DNA of 64,000 nt from the human T2T-CHM13v2.0 reference genome, Homo sapiens: positions 23,264,001 through 23,328,000 of the forward strand of contig CP068257.2 in the NCBI GenBank assembly GCA_009914755.4, written 5' to 3'. A program made the position numbers and the translations under genes. Below are positions 1 to 17,845 of the stretch, one piece after another (position 1 is the stretch's first letter; each line of letters begins with the position of its first letter). Under the pieces are notes generated by a model. It worked only from the letters and a program-made list of their open reading frames with translations, was not told the origin of the DNA and did not search any database.

Positions 1-583
1 TCAGACTCCATTCATCTTGGAAGAACCTATGTCTTCTGAAAAGAAGCTGTTTTTTGGTTATTTTTAATTAAATTTTTAAATTTATTAACAAAGTGCCCTA
101 GGCTCTATGTTGAAAGAGCAAGGCTTCATATGAGGATATGACTCTCTATACAATTCCACTGTTTTTAAACTTGTTCAATACCTGTAAATCAAGTGTAAGT
201 TGCACACACAGGATGCCTTATGTTGGCATGAGCTTGCCATTGGTAGGTCTGCATTTTCACCATCCTCTTTGTTCATTCTCGCTTTCTACAGCAGAGGTGA
301 TTCTACATAGAACAATGTGTGTGTATGTGTGGGGCAAGTTGTGAAGGGAGGTTGGGGAACATAACAGAATCATGAGTCTTTCCATTGCTGAACAACCAGC
401 ATATCAGTGAAAGAGGAGTGGCCTAGAGTTTGAAAAAATTCAGAATAGAAAAGGGGTGACTGAAAGGAAAGGGATATTTAGTATCAAGGAAGAGTCCTAA
501 AACAGGCATTAGGACATCTGAGTTCAAGTCCAACTTCAATATTTATTAGCTGTGTGATTGTTAAAAGATAACTAAATTAGTTA

Positions 584-868
<285 letters not shown>

Positions 869-1726
869 TTATTTTTCTATTTTATTGCCTCTATCTTTCT
901 ACTCCTAAAGTACACCCACAGATACAATTTTAGTCACTCACAGATGTCCGCAATTGACTCTTTTCCTGTTATTCTCTGTAATTCTCAGGTAGGTTTTCTA
1001 CACAAGGTATCAAAAATGGTCCATAGCTTTCTTAGGTTTGCATGATTTATGCCATTCACAAGATCATAAGAACAGAGTGCTTCTCTCTTCCCGAATGCAC
1101 ATCCAATCCTGAAAAAGAACTCTGACTCCACTTGAGCCATCCATGCATCTCTGGATGAATTAACATGTGAAAGGTCACAGGGTACACGAATTGGACAACT
1201 TGGACATGAGAATCTATTCCTGTACAGATGGGGAGTCAGGAGATGACAAGGAGGATTTCTAGAAAAGAAAAATTCTGGATAGACACAAATGAAAATAACA
1301 GATTTTCATCAAATTCCATGTTCAGGGCAGTTTATCCATGCCGATTACCCTGAAAGATATATTGGGAAGTCAGCACTGAATTCTCATCTTTCTTTCCTCC
1401 TTCCCAGATCAATACAAAAAAGAATTACATTCATCTAAATGTCTTTCTCAGATGGCTTGAATCATTGGAATGTTATATGTCATAGGAGATTACAGTTCCT
1501 ACAATAAAGCAGTGCATTGACAGGGAAAAATTAAATATATATGCAAGCTTTCCCAAGATTTCTAGTTATATTCATGTAAATTTGGGTCATCTCAATTCAG
1601 GGTGAGTGATTTTGTCATGCTTTCACCACAGTAAGAAATTCAGTAGTAGATTTTCTTTAATACCTTTGCCATTATGTCTTCGAGCACATGGGAAGAGGTT
1701 TTAAGACATGCGTTAGATTTTTGTAT

Positions 1727-2062
1727 AAGGAGTTCATGTCCTTTGTAGGGACATGGATGAAATTGGAAATCATCATTGTCAGTAAACTATCGCAAGAACA
1801 AAAAACCAAACACCGCATATTCTCACTCATAGGTGGGAATTGAACAATGAGATCACATGGACACAGAAAGGGGAATATCACACTCTGGGCACTGTTGTGG
1901 GGTGGGGGGAGGGGGGAGGGATAGCATCGGGAGATATACCTAATGCTAGATGACGAGTTAGTGGGTGCAGCGCACCACCATGGCACATGTATACATATGT
2001 AACTAACCTGCACAATGTGCACATGTACCCTAAAACTTAAAGTATATATAAAAAAAAAAAAA
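1727..2062 (+). mobile_element. L1 3' end fragment, young subfamily (L1PA2-4-like), 5' truncated, with poly-A
   Basis: Matches the L1 ORF2 end and 3'UTR: aaggagttcatgtcctttgtagggacatggatgaaattggaaatcatcattgtcagtaaactatcgcaagaacaaaaaaccaaacaccgcat...gggagggatagcatcgggagatatacctaatgctagatgacgagttagtgggtgcagcgcaccaccatggcacatgtatacatatgtaactaacctgcacaatgtgcacatgtaccctaaaacttaaagtatat. Poly-A at 2049-2062. Flanked by the direct repeat catgcRttaga (1707-1717 and 2065-2075). Confidence 0.9.
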
Positions 2063-2412
2063 GTCATGCATTAGAGAAAAAAGAAAGCTGTTTCTGTTGT
2101 CAAAAGTAAATCTCTTATTATTATAATTTGTTGGTACTGTTGAATTGTGGCAAGAAAACAAATAGCACAGAAAATAGTAATACCTTATAGCATGGAAAAT
2201 ATTTCCTTTTTAAAAATTAGTATACTTATACTGTGATGAAATTGTTTTCCATCTCTACATGGAACCACATATGTAAAGTTAGGCAATCAAATATTAAGTA
2301 AAACTTTTTCATTAATATTTTATTAGGAGGTGCATGAAGCAAGGTTAAGAAGATGGGGGATGAAGAATGATGAATGGTAACATGCTAAATTCTGTTAAAA
2401 ATGAGAAATAAG

Positions 2413-2736
<324 letters not shown>

Positions 2737-3649
2737 TCAGATATAATAGGTGGTCACATGAAAATTACCTTCATAAGAAAAAGGAAATTAAAGAGGAACT
2801 CAAATTTTTAGTGTCTGGGAAGTAACCTGAGGTGAAAAGAGGATAGTGAGAGGTCAAATATAGGTTATGGAACCATGCAATTTCAGAAGGGGCTTGATTC
2901 ATAGTGTCTATGTCATAAGGATCTAATTATTCAATGTAGGGGACTAATCTACAAAACTTCACATAAAGCAATAATTCCCAATGCAGATTTAGTGGCTGTT
3001 TATTTATGTCTGTGTTGAGATTCTGAACTTCTATCACAGTTTGTCTTACTCTGCAGCTTTTTTGGTAACCAGGCTTCTTTGTCTTAACTCTGATTTTGTA
3101 ATTTGACTTAATTTTCCTATAGGATCCCATCAGCATTTAACTTACCAGTTTTCCCTTGGTTTTCAACTTCAATAAGATTCATCTTTAAAAAAGTAATTTC
3201 TTTCAGTCTGGAACATTAGCATAGGATAAAGAAAAAAACTGAAAATGTCTTATGTCCTCAAAATCATAACATGTGGTAATTTTAATGATGTTAAATATAT
3301 ATTATCATACATTGGAAGGGCTTTAATTCATGAAAATTGGCAGGTTGACCACAATTATGTAGTTAAATTCTATTTAAAATAAAAGGGTCATATATGATAC
3401 CTCAACCACTTTTATCAGTTCCCTACTCTGTTCTCCTTTCCCCACTCAGTTCACCAAGCAAAGGTAATCTGAAGCAATAAAGCAACACTACAGTCATCCT
3501 ACATACTCCAAAGTATGTTTGGGCAGCATGGGATTCAAAGGAAGAGGCCATCAGTCACTAAGCATGAACAGTAGATATCAGGGCCATTGCCATAGCTTTA
3601 TCAAAAATGCAGTCTACCCCAGGCCTTTTAAAATTTTTGTTACATTGCA

Positions 3650-3905
3650 TTAATACACATTTATGCGGTACATATGAAATTTTGTTACATGCAGAGAATG
3701 CGTAATGATCAGTTGAGGATATTTAGGGTACTCATTGATTTATCATTTCCATGTGTTGAGTATACTTCAGGTCCTATCTTCTGGCTAATTTTAAAGTACA
3801 ATATGTTGTGGTTAACTATAGTCACCTGCCCTTCTATCAGATGAGAACTTATTCCTTCTATCTAACTGTATGTTTGTACTTATTAATCCCCCCAATTTTT
3901 ATGTC
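3650..3905 (-). mobile_element. Old L1 (L1M-like) 3'UTR fragment
   Basis: Reverse-complement similarity to the ancient L1 3' end: ...gttaactatagtcacctgcccttctatcagatgagaacttattccttctatctaactgtatgtttgtacttattaatcc. Confidence 0.4.
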
Positions 3906-4032
3906 TGTGTTCTCACAAGGACTATTCCTAAAGGAGGGCCTAATTGCTAAGGTTTAGACAATGGGAGTTTCTTTTGGAAATCTGTCTTTGAAAGAGGAAA
4001 TGCTTCTGGGAAGGAAAGGGTAGTTGGAGATT

Positions 4033-4460
4033 GGAGTGGTTACTTTTACATGTCCACTTGGCTTGGCTATAGCACCCTTTATTCAATCAAACGCTGATCT
4101 AGGTGTTGCTGTGAAGGTAGTTTGCAGATGTGTGTAACATCTACAATCAGTTGACTTTAAGTAAAGGAGATTATCCTCTGTACTGTGAGTGGGCCTTATC
4201 TAATCAATTGAAGCCCTCAAGAACAAATGGAATTTTCCATGAGGAAGAAGAAATTCCAGCCTTAAAGCCTGTCTGAGAGTTTCCAGCCTGCCAGCCTACC
4301 CTGCAGATTTCAGACATTCCTATCCAGATCCCATGATCATGTAAGCCAAGGTCAAGTCCTTGAAATATACCTTTTTACACACCTGCCCTCCCCACCACAC
4401 ACACACATAGGATATACCTATATACCTTCTATTGGCTCAGTGTTGGTCTGGTGGATACAG
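4033..4460 (+). mobile_element. ERVL-MaLR type solo LTR (MLT/MST-like family)
   Basis: Starts tggagtggttacttttacatgtccacttggcttggctatagcaccc, with internal ...gtgggccttatctaatcaattgaagccc..., and ends ...cacacacacataggatatacc...ctattggctcagtgttggtctggtggatacag. This is the MaLR LTR pattern tgtgatggttaattt...ggttctgtttctctggagaaccctgactaatacag. Confidence 0.6.
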
Positions 4461-6420
4461 AAATCCTATTAATTATTCATTTTATTCCTCTTATATCATA
4501 CCGACCTCAGCCTGACAACATACCAGATTTCTCCCTTGTTCTAAGCTTTGGAGGGATAGATGAAATTCCTGATACATCACGTATGTCCTGATATGCTTGA
4601 TAGACCTTAAGTATTTATATTTAACAAAATGAAACCATGATCATTTTGAAGCAAAAGATATCTAAAGCTGGAATGAGAAACTTAAATGATTTCTTTATGA
4701 ATATGAGATAATTTACTTGGATGTCATTCTTAGAGTAGCTTAATTTTAAGGATATTTTTTCTTCTCTAACTATACTAAATCAACAGTGGAAAAATCCCTA
4801 AACTCTGGAGGTGTTTTTATCTTACCAGTCTATCTAAGACACACTCAATCATAGTCGCTATTGAATTTGGCATTTCAATTCTTCACTGTCACTTCTCATT
4901 AATTATTGGTTCTAATACTGTCTTTGATGACTTCTTCCTTGTCATTTTACTTCATGAACTCATTATTTCTAATTGCTATTTTATGCCACTTTTTGGTTCA
5001 TCAGTTTTTAATGTTCCACTTAATTGGCTCCGTTGTTTAAATGATGTGAGGAAAAATGGGGTTAAATTTATCATTTATCTGATACATTCTGGTATGAGAG
5101 AGCTTAATTTGGTTGTTCCATTTTCTAGATAGAAAAAGTAAGGAAATATTTTCTGCATTCTATTCAGATTGTTATTGCTGAAGTCATCTTATACTATGAC
5201 CTTTTAAAATATTTTCAAAGGCTTTAGAAAAAAATTATAGGTACACTGACATTTGCTTATTGTGAAATGTTATATCATGTTCCTTTTTATGTTGTAATTT
5301 GTAGTATTCCACACGACAGATTTCTCTGTTAATCGTACATCAGGTCTCACACTCTTATAATTTAGCCAAGAATTAAAAAAAGACAAGTCAAAGAATTGGT
5401 TTTAACATGCCAAAATATGTCAGGGATATATCTGTGGATTTAAAGTTAAAGAAAAATTACTAGAAAAAATTGATAAATATTAAAGAAGTATTTAATGTTT
5501 ATAATAGTGCAATTTTTTACATAAAAAACAAAGTTTGTAAAATGTAAGCAGGGATATTTTATTGTTGATGTTAACTTAATGAAAATAAAAGTATGCATTT
5601 TATAAGACAAAGAATCTAAATCATAGTAAATCTAAAAATTCATTGATTTAAATACCATAATATTCTTAATTTATGAAACCCTCCTTCTAACAGATGGAAT
5701 TTAAATGTATGACTTGGCCATCTATCTTTGACTCTAAATGTATTTATATGAGTCCCACATGTTAAATTTATTCCTGGAGATTATCATGACCAATAGAAGA
5801 CTTTTACGTATGTGTCACAATAAGCATGAAATAATGTGATCTCTTTCTCCTTTATTATATACCTTTGCAGCCACCAGACTGCAGTATGTGACTTAATCCC
5901 ACAGAGATATTTTACACTGAAAGTTTGTCTTAAGTTGTCTTGCAAATCTTTTTGAACTCTATGCAAAATGGTTATTCTAATTCTCAGAGTACAGCCACAA
6001 GCTAGGTAGGTGTAGATCGTGACATATGGGCAAAAATATGGTGGGTGTCACTGGAACCACACTGGATAAAAGGAAATTTATCATCGCAAGTATCTTAAGA
6101 ATGAAAAATTTTGAGGCAGTATTTTATTATTTGCAATGAGTTTATATTAGTGAACTGACATATAAAATAAAATTTTATACAGCATATAATTGATTAAAAT
6201 CACACATACTTGGAAATTAAGCCCATGGGAAAGTTTTTGCAAAAACAAATTTTATGAGAATTTTTGACGTTGGTAAAATATTTATAACAAAAGTTAATAT
6301 TTATGGGGCTCTCTCAGAATTTTCAGTCTAAATGTAATAGGAAAACAAATTCCAATATATATCCAAGAATCGTAGAGAGCATGGCGACAATATCAGCACG
6401 GATTTCCAGTTAAAAATAAA

Positions 6421-6945
6421 GAGAATAATGACTTCCAGCTCCATCCATGTCCCTGCAAAGGACATGATTTCGTTCCTTTTTATGTCTGTATAGTATTCCA
6501 TGATGTACATGTACCATATTTTCTTTATCCAGTCTATCATTGATGGCATTTGGGTTGATTCTATGCCTTTGCTATTGTGAATAGTGTGCAATGAACATAT
6601 GCATGCATAGATCTTTATAATAGAATCAGCAAACTAACGCAGGAACAGAAAACCAAACACCACATGTTCTTACTTATAAGTGGAAGCTAAACAATGGGAA
6701 CACATGGACACATGGTGGGGTAAACAACACACACTGGGGCCTGTCAGGGGCAGTGGGAGGGAGAGCATCAGGAAGAATAGTTAATGCAGGCTGGGGTTAA
6801 TACCTAGGTGATGGGTTGATCTGTGCAGCAAAGCACTATGGCACACATTTACCTATGTAACAAACCTGCACATCCTGCACATGCACCCCTGAACTTAAAA
6901 TAAAAGTTGATGAAAAAAATGAAAGAAATAAAATACAAATGAAAT
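6421..6945 (+). mobile_element. L1 3' insertion with 5' inversion (twin-priming structure)
   Basis: 6421-6625 is the reverse complement of L1 ORF2 sequence ending ...catggatggagctggaagtcattattctc. 6626-6905 is the directly oriented continuation cagcaaactaacgcaggaacagaaaaccaaacaccacatgttct... through the 3'UTR. An A-rich tail runs to about 6945. Confidence 0.8.
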
Positions 6946-7168
6946 GTGAAAGATGGAACTGTTGCTTTGCACATCCAATTGGCTGAAAATAGCTAATACT
7001 AGTTGCTCTGATGCCCTTTTAATTCTGCATGTAGAGCTATAACTTCATTTCATGGTTAGAGATTAGTAAACATAAAACCTCACTTCCTAAATCTCTGATT
7101 TACATCTACTGATGTAATAGTTGATATTCTAAAGTCAGAAATCTTCCCATACTCTCTATCTCTACTAT

Positions 7169-7246
7169 GTGTTTTGCGAGTCCCCTTTTTAAAGAATCTT
7201 GTTCCTCTTAATGAATTCAGAAAAGAAAGACCATTTAATACACATG
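7169..7246. repeat. Copy A of a roughly 78-bp flanking direct repeat (candidate long TSD of the L1 composite)
   Basis: gtgttttgcgagtcccctttttaaagaatcttgttcctcttaatgaattcagaaaagaaagaccatttaatacacatgg has 6 mismatches over about 80 bp against 13703-13781. Confidence 0.7.
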
Positions 7247-7283
7247 GCAGCATTATTTGTCAACATTATGTTACAAAAATATG

Positions 7284-8054
7284 TTTTTATTTTACCAGCT
7301 TTATTATATGGAGTAATTGACCCACACTAAGCTGCACTTATTGACAGTGTACACCTTGAGAAAATTTGACATATGCTTATATCTGGTGAAAGCATTTACT
7401 AAAATCAAGATTTCAGACACGTCAATAATTCCACAAAGTTTCTTCCTGCCTTTTTTAATCCCATCCTCCTACAATTCACCTCTATTCCAACCTCAGTCAA
7501 TCACTGATCTACTTTCTGCTACTACAGATTAGTTCAAATTTCCTGGTATATATTTGAATTCATATACTATGTATTCTTTTTTTTCTTCTGGATTCCTCAC
7601 TCAGCATATTTTCAGATTCATCCATATCGTAGTGTATAGTTGATTCATTTGACTATATGACTAGCATTCCATTGTATGTATGTACCATAATTTGTTCATC
7701 GGTACATATGGAAATGGACATTGGAATTGCTTCCAAATTTCATCTGTTACAAATAAAGCTATTATGAACTTTTCTTATAAATCTTTGTATGGATATATGC
7801 TTTCATTTTTCATGGGTAAAGTCTACCTAGGAATAGAATGGCTCGACTAAGTGGTAAATGTTTGCTTAGCCTTGTAAGAAACTGTCAAACTGTTTTCCAA
7901 AGTGGTTGTCTCATTTTGCTTACCGACAGATGTATCTAAGAGTTCCAGGGCACACTAGCACTTGGTAGGGTCAGTTCTTTTTTAAACGTGGGCCAATCTA
8001 ATTGATGTTTCTCATTGTGGTTTTAACTTTTATACCTGTAATAATGAATGAAGT
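7284..8054 (-). mobile_element. Old L1 (L1M/L1PB-like) 3' end fragment, poly-T at its low-coordinate end
   Basis: 7295-7570 is the reverse complement of an ancient L1 3'UTR (ccagctttatt...). 7570-8054 is homologous to L1 ORF2 3' sequence (ttcatccat...ttccattgtatg...ctcattgtggttttaactttt...gaatgaagttgagc). It abuts the L1PA poly-T directly. Confidence 0.8.
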
Positions 8055-8349
8055 TGAGCTTCTTTTTTTTTTAATTATACTTAAAGTTCTGAGATACGTG
8101 TGCAGAATGTGCAGGTCTGTTACATAGATATACACGTGCCATGATGGTTTGCTGCACCCATCAATCCATCATCGACATTAGGTATTTCTCCGAATGCTAT
8201 CCCTCCCCCAGGTCCCCACACTCCAATAGGCCCCAGTGTGTGAGCCCCTCCACCACGTGTCCATGTGTTCTCATTGTTCAACTCCCACTTATGAGTGAGA
8301 ACATGCAGTGTTTGGTTTTCTGTTCTTGTGTTAGTTTGCTGAGAATGAT

Positions 8350-12090
<3,741 letters not shown>

Positions 12091-12153
12091 TATGAGGCTA
12101 GCTGGTTATTTTGCCCATTAGTTGATGCAGTTTCTTCATAGCATTGATGGTCT

Positions 12154-13466
<1,313 letters not shown>

Positions 13467-13702
13467 TTTGTGAATTTATCTACCTTTGGTCTTTGATGTT
13501 GGTGATCTTTCTGTGTCTGGATGTCCTTTTTGTTGATGTTGATGCTATTCCTGTTTGTTAGTTTTCGTTCTAACAGTCAGGCCCCTCTGCTGCAGGTCTG
13601 CTGGAGTTTGCTGGAGGTCCACTCCAGACCCTATTTGCCTGGGTATCACCAGCGGAGGATGAAGAACAGCAAAGATTGCTGCCTGCTCCTTCCTCTGCTG
13701 TA

Positions 13703-13781
13703 TGTTTTGCAAGTCCCCTCTTTAAAGAATATTGTTCCTCTTAATGAATCCTGAAAAGAAAGACCATTTAATACACATGAC
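13703..13781. repeat. Copy B of the roughly 78-bp flanking direct repeat
   Basis: tatgttttgcaagtcccctctttaaagaatattgttcctcttaatgaatcctgaaaagaaagaccatttaatacacatga, immediately after the L1PA 5' truncation point. Confidence 0.7.
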
Positions 13782-13789
13782 ACTACTAT

Positions 13790-14665
13790 AAAATATCATA
13801 TCACATCATCCTGTCAGGATGACTATTCTCTAAAAATAACCATACTAACAGAATCTCTTATACATAAATATAAGAGATAACAAGTGTTGGGGAGAGTTTG
13901 CAGAAAAGAGAACATATGTATGCTCTTGATAGGAATGTGGATTGATGCAGCTATTGTGGAAAACAGCATGAATGTTCCTAAAGAAATTAAAAATAGAACT
14001 ACCATATGACCCAGCAATCCCTTTTTGGGTATATATCCAAATTAAATGATATCATTATGTAGAAAAGATATCTTCCTTCCAATGTTTATTGCATCATTAT
14101 CCACAATTTTTAAGACATTGGAATCAATCTAAGTGTCCATGAATAGATGAATAGACAAATAAAACTGGTATATGTACAAAATGAGTACTATTCCGCTTTA
14201 AAAGAGGTGGAAATCCTCTTATTTGTGACATCATGGATGAACTTTGAGAACATTATTTCAAGTAAAATAAGCCAGGCACAGAAAGACAAATACTACATCA
14301 TAGATCCACTTACATGTAGAATCTAAATAAAATAAACTCTCAGAAAAAGAATATAATGCAGCATTTACCAGAGACCAACAGCATAGGTGAAGGGACTGGG
14401 GAGATATTGGTCAAAAGGCACCAAATTTGAGTTAGATGGCAGGAATAATTGCAAGAGATCTATTGTACACCACGCTGACTGTAGTTAATAACAATGCATT
14501 GTATACTTAAAAATCACTGAGAGAACCATGTTCTCACCACAAAAAATTTTGTAAGTATATGAGGTAATGCATATGTTAAATTGCTTGATTTAACCATTCT
14601 TCATTGTATCCATATATCAAAACACAATGCTGTACACCATAAATATATACAATTTTTACCAGGCA
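13790..14665 (+). mobile_element. Old L1 (L1MA/L1MB-like) 3' end, about 880 bp
   Basis: ...acaagtgttggggagagtttgcagaaaagagaacatatgtatgctcttgataggaatgtggattgatgcagctattgtggaaaacagcatgaatgttcctaaagaaattaaaaatagaactaccatatgacccagcaatcc... and onwards to ...acaatgctgtacaccataaatatatacaatttttaccaggc (L1 3' terminus). Confidence 0.85.
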
Positions 14666-15469
14666 TTTTAAAAATTAATTTTAAAAACTGAGAGCAGATT
14701 TGGAAAGTTAAAAACAGAAACATGTCTGCATTTATTCTGAAAGGAAAGAGAAGTAAATTGTTAAGTATCACTTAACTAAGAAAAATGAGAAAGCCTTTCA
14801 AAGAGCAAAAGTTTTAATTTTTTAATCTGCTCTTTTTCTGCCCTCTCTGGTTTTAATCAAATATTTTAAATGATTCCATTTTCTATCCTTTCAGCATTTA
14901 AAATTATGCTTTATTTTTTGAATATTTTAGTGTTTGTTCTAGAGTTTGCAATATACTCTAAATATAAAGCTAATCTGTGTATACTTTCAAATAATACTAT
15001 ATTATTTTACAGTTAATGCACACAACTTATAGCAGAGTATTACCATTTCCTCTCCCTTATAACAATGATGTCATTCATTTTATGTATACATATTCTATAA
15101 TCAATATATAATTGTGATTATGGCTTTGAATGCAAATTTATCTTTTGGATCAATTTAATTTTTTATTTATTTATTTTACCTTTGTTTATTCCTTCTGGGA
15201 CAGTATTCTTTTGTGTGTGTGTAGATCTGATTTTGTGTTCTAGATTATTTTTCTTCTCACTGAAGAATTTATTTTAACTTTTTTTTTAATAGTATGGGTC
15301 TTCTGTTGGCAATAAATTTCCTTGGTTTTAGGTTGTCAGAGAAAAGATTTCTTCATTTTTGAATAGTAATTTTCCTAGATATAGTATTCTAGTTTGGTAA
15401 ATTTTTTCCTTCATCGCTTTAAAAATGTTGCTCCAATTTTTCTTGTTGCCGTGGTCTTTTAAGAGAAGG

Positions 15470-15720
15470 CTGATGTGTGTGTGTGCTTGTGTGTGTGTGT
15501 ATATATATATTTATGGTGGTGAGTAAATTCTTTCAGAAGGTTTATTTGAAGGCTTCTATATATATATCACATATAGTATATAATATATATATCAGCCTTC
15601 AAAATACATATATATAAAGTATATATATAACTGTTCCTTATTTCTCTGATATATATGGTATATATCATATATATATCAGCCATTTATATATATATAAATA
15701 TATATTTTTATTAACTTTCC
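15470..15720. repeat. Compound (TG)n/(TA)n microsatellite with an AT-rich palindrome
   Basis: gtgtgtgtgtgcttgtgtgtgtgtgtatatatatat, then long TA-rich runs. Inverted 11-bp arms atttgaaggct (15544-15554) and agccttcaaaa (15594-15604) flank a TA-rich loop. Confidence 0.8.
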
Positions 15721-17100
15721 TTATTTCTCTATAGTAAGGTGTATTGTTTTCTACTTGCTGCTTTCAAGATTTTGTCTTTGTCCTTAGTTTTCAATAATCT
15801 GAATTTGCTATAACCAAAAACAGCTTTGGATTTTTTTTTTTTTTTTGCTTTATTTTTGGTATTTATCCTGCTTAGTGTTCACTGAGATTCTTGCTCTATG
15901 GTTTGGTGTCTATCATTACTTTTAGAAGCTTCTCAGCCATTATTACTTCAAATATTCTTCCTCCCTTCTCTGTCTTCTCATTCTCATCTACTACTCCTAT
16001 TACATATATGCTGAATATTTTGAGATAGTCTGCAGATCTTGAAATTTCTATTGTGTAGCTTTTTAAAATTAATTTTTCTTTTAATTTCTGTTCAAAAATT
16101 TATATTGATAGATCTTCATTCTTTCTTCAGCCATGTCCAGCTTGCTGATGAGCTCATCAAAGCATTTCTGCATTTCTGTTAGCATTTTTTTATTCCTAGA
16201 ATCTCTTTTTAATTCTTTCTTAAATTTTCTTTATCTTTACATTATTTACCTGTTAGTACATGTTGTCTACTTTTCTCATTAGAGACTTTTACATATTAAT
16301 CATAGTTATTTTAAATTCTGTCTGATAATTCCAAAATCTGTATCATATATGAGTCTTGTTCTGTTCGTTTTATATCTTCAGACATTTTTTTCCTGTCTTT
16401 TGGCAAGACTTAAACTTTTTTGTTTAAAGCCAACATGATGTATTGGGCAAAAGGAACAGAGCTCTGTAAGCAGTCCTTTATTTTGAGGTGTGACATCAAT
16501 CTGACTAGGATTTGGGCTAATTTTAAAGTCTCTTGTAGCTATACGTTTCAGTCTTTTATTTCCTCTAATATCCTTGTTCTTGTCATTTGTTTTATCTTTG
16601 AGTTTCCCTAAAAACTCCTTCTTAAGTAGAATGTGCACCTGACAGCTCTTTCAGCTGTAATCTACTTTTATTATACAGGAACCCTGTTGATATGACGGGA
16701 GGGTGGAAGAGAGGGGAAGCATTTTATAATCTTATTATCAAATCTTGGTAGTAATGTTATATTCCCATCCTGATATTGACAACATGTGTCTACTCTCTTT
16801 TTGTTTTGGTCAGTCTAGCTAGACGTTTATCATCAATCTATATTTTTAAAAAACTAGCTTTTGGTTTCTTTTATTTTTCTATTGTTTTTCTGTTTTTTAC
16901 TTCACTAATTTTCATGCTGATCTTTATAATTTCTTTTATCTTCCTACTTTATGTTTAATTTGCTCTTCTTTTTTAGTTCTTTAATAAGAAGATAAAGACC
17001 ATGATTTATGAAGTTTCTTCTTTCCTAGTATAGGTATACAGTGTTATAAATTTCCAATTAAACACAGTTTTTGTCACATCTCACAGATTTTTATATATCT

Positions 17101-17175
17101 GTATTATATTAATTATATTATATTATATTATATTATATTATTATATTATATTATATTATATTATGTTATATTTTT
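17101..17175. repeat. (TATTA)n/(ATATT)n microsatellite abutting an L1 3' end
   Basis: attaattatattatattatattatattatattattatattatattatattatattatgttatatt, directly upstream of the L1 poly-T. Confidence 0.9.
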
Positions 17176-17845
17176 TCAACTTTTAAGTTCCATGGTACAT
17201 GTGCAGGATGTGCAAGTTTTTTACATAGGTAAACATGTGCCAGTATTGTTTGCTGCACAGATCAACCCATCACCTAGGTATTAAGCCCAGCATCAATTAG
17301 TTATTCTTCCTGTTGCTCTCCCTCCTCCCACACCTCCACCCCTGACAGGCCCCAGCGTATGCTGTTCCTGCTCATGTGTTCTCATCATGCAACTCCCAGT
17401 TGTAAGTGAGAATATGTGATTTTTGGTCTTCTGTTACTGCATTTTCAGTTTACTGAGGATAATGGCTTCCAGCTCCATCCATGTCCCTGCAAAGGACATG
17501 ATCTCATTCTTTTTTATGGCTGCATAGTATTCCAGAGTGTATATGTACCATATTTTCTTTATCCAATCTATGATTGATGAGCATTTAGATAGGTTCCATG
17601 TCTTTGCTATTGTGAATAGTGCTACAGTGAATATACACGTGCATGAATCTTTATAATAGAATGATTTATATTCCTTTGGGTATGTATCCAGTAATGGGAA
17701 ACCTGGGCCAAATGGTATTTCTGCTTCTAGATCTTTGAGGAATCACCACATTGTCTTCCACAATAATTAGACTAATTTACACTCCCACCAACAGTGTAAA
17801 ATATTGCTTTCTCCACAACGTCACCAGAATCTGTTGTATTTTGTG
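17172..17845 (-). mobile_element. L1 (L1PB/older L1PA-like) 3' end fragment
   Basis: Reverse-complement 3'UTR and ORF2 end: ttttttcaacttttaagttccatggtacatgtgcaggatgtgcaagttttttacataggtaaacatgtgccag...ttttatggctgcatagtattccagagtgtatatgtaccatattttctttatccaatctatgattgatgagcatttagataggttccatgtctttgctattgtgaatagtgctac...ccaccaacagtgtaaaatattgctttctccacaacgtcacc. Confidence 0.9.
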
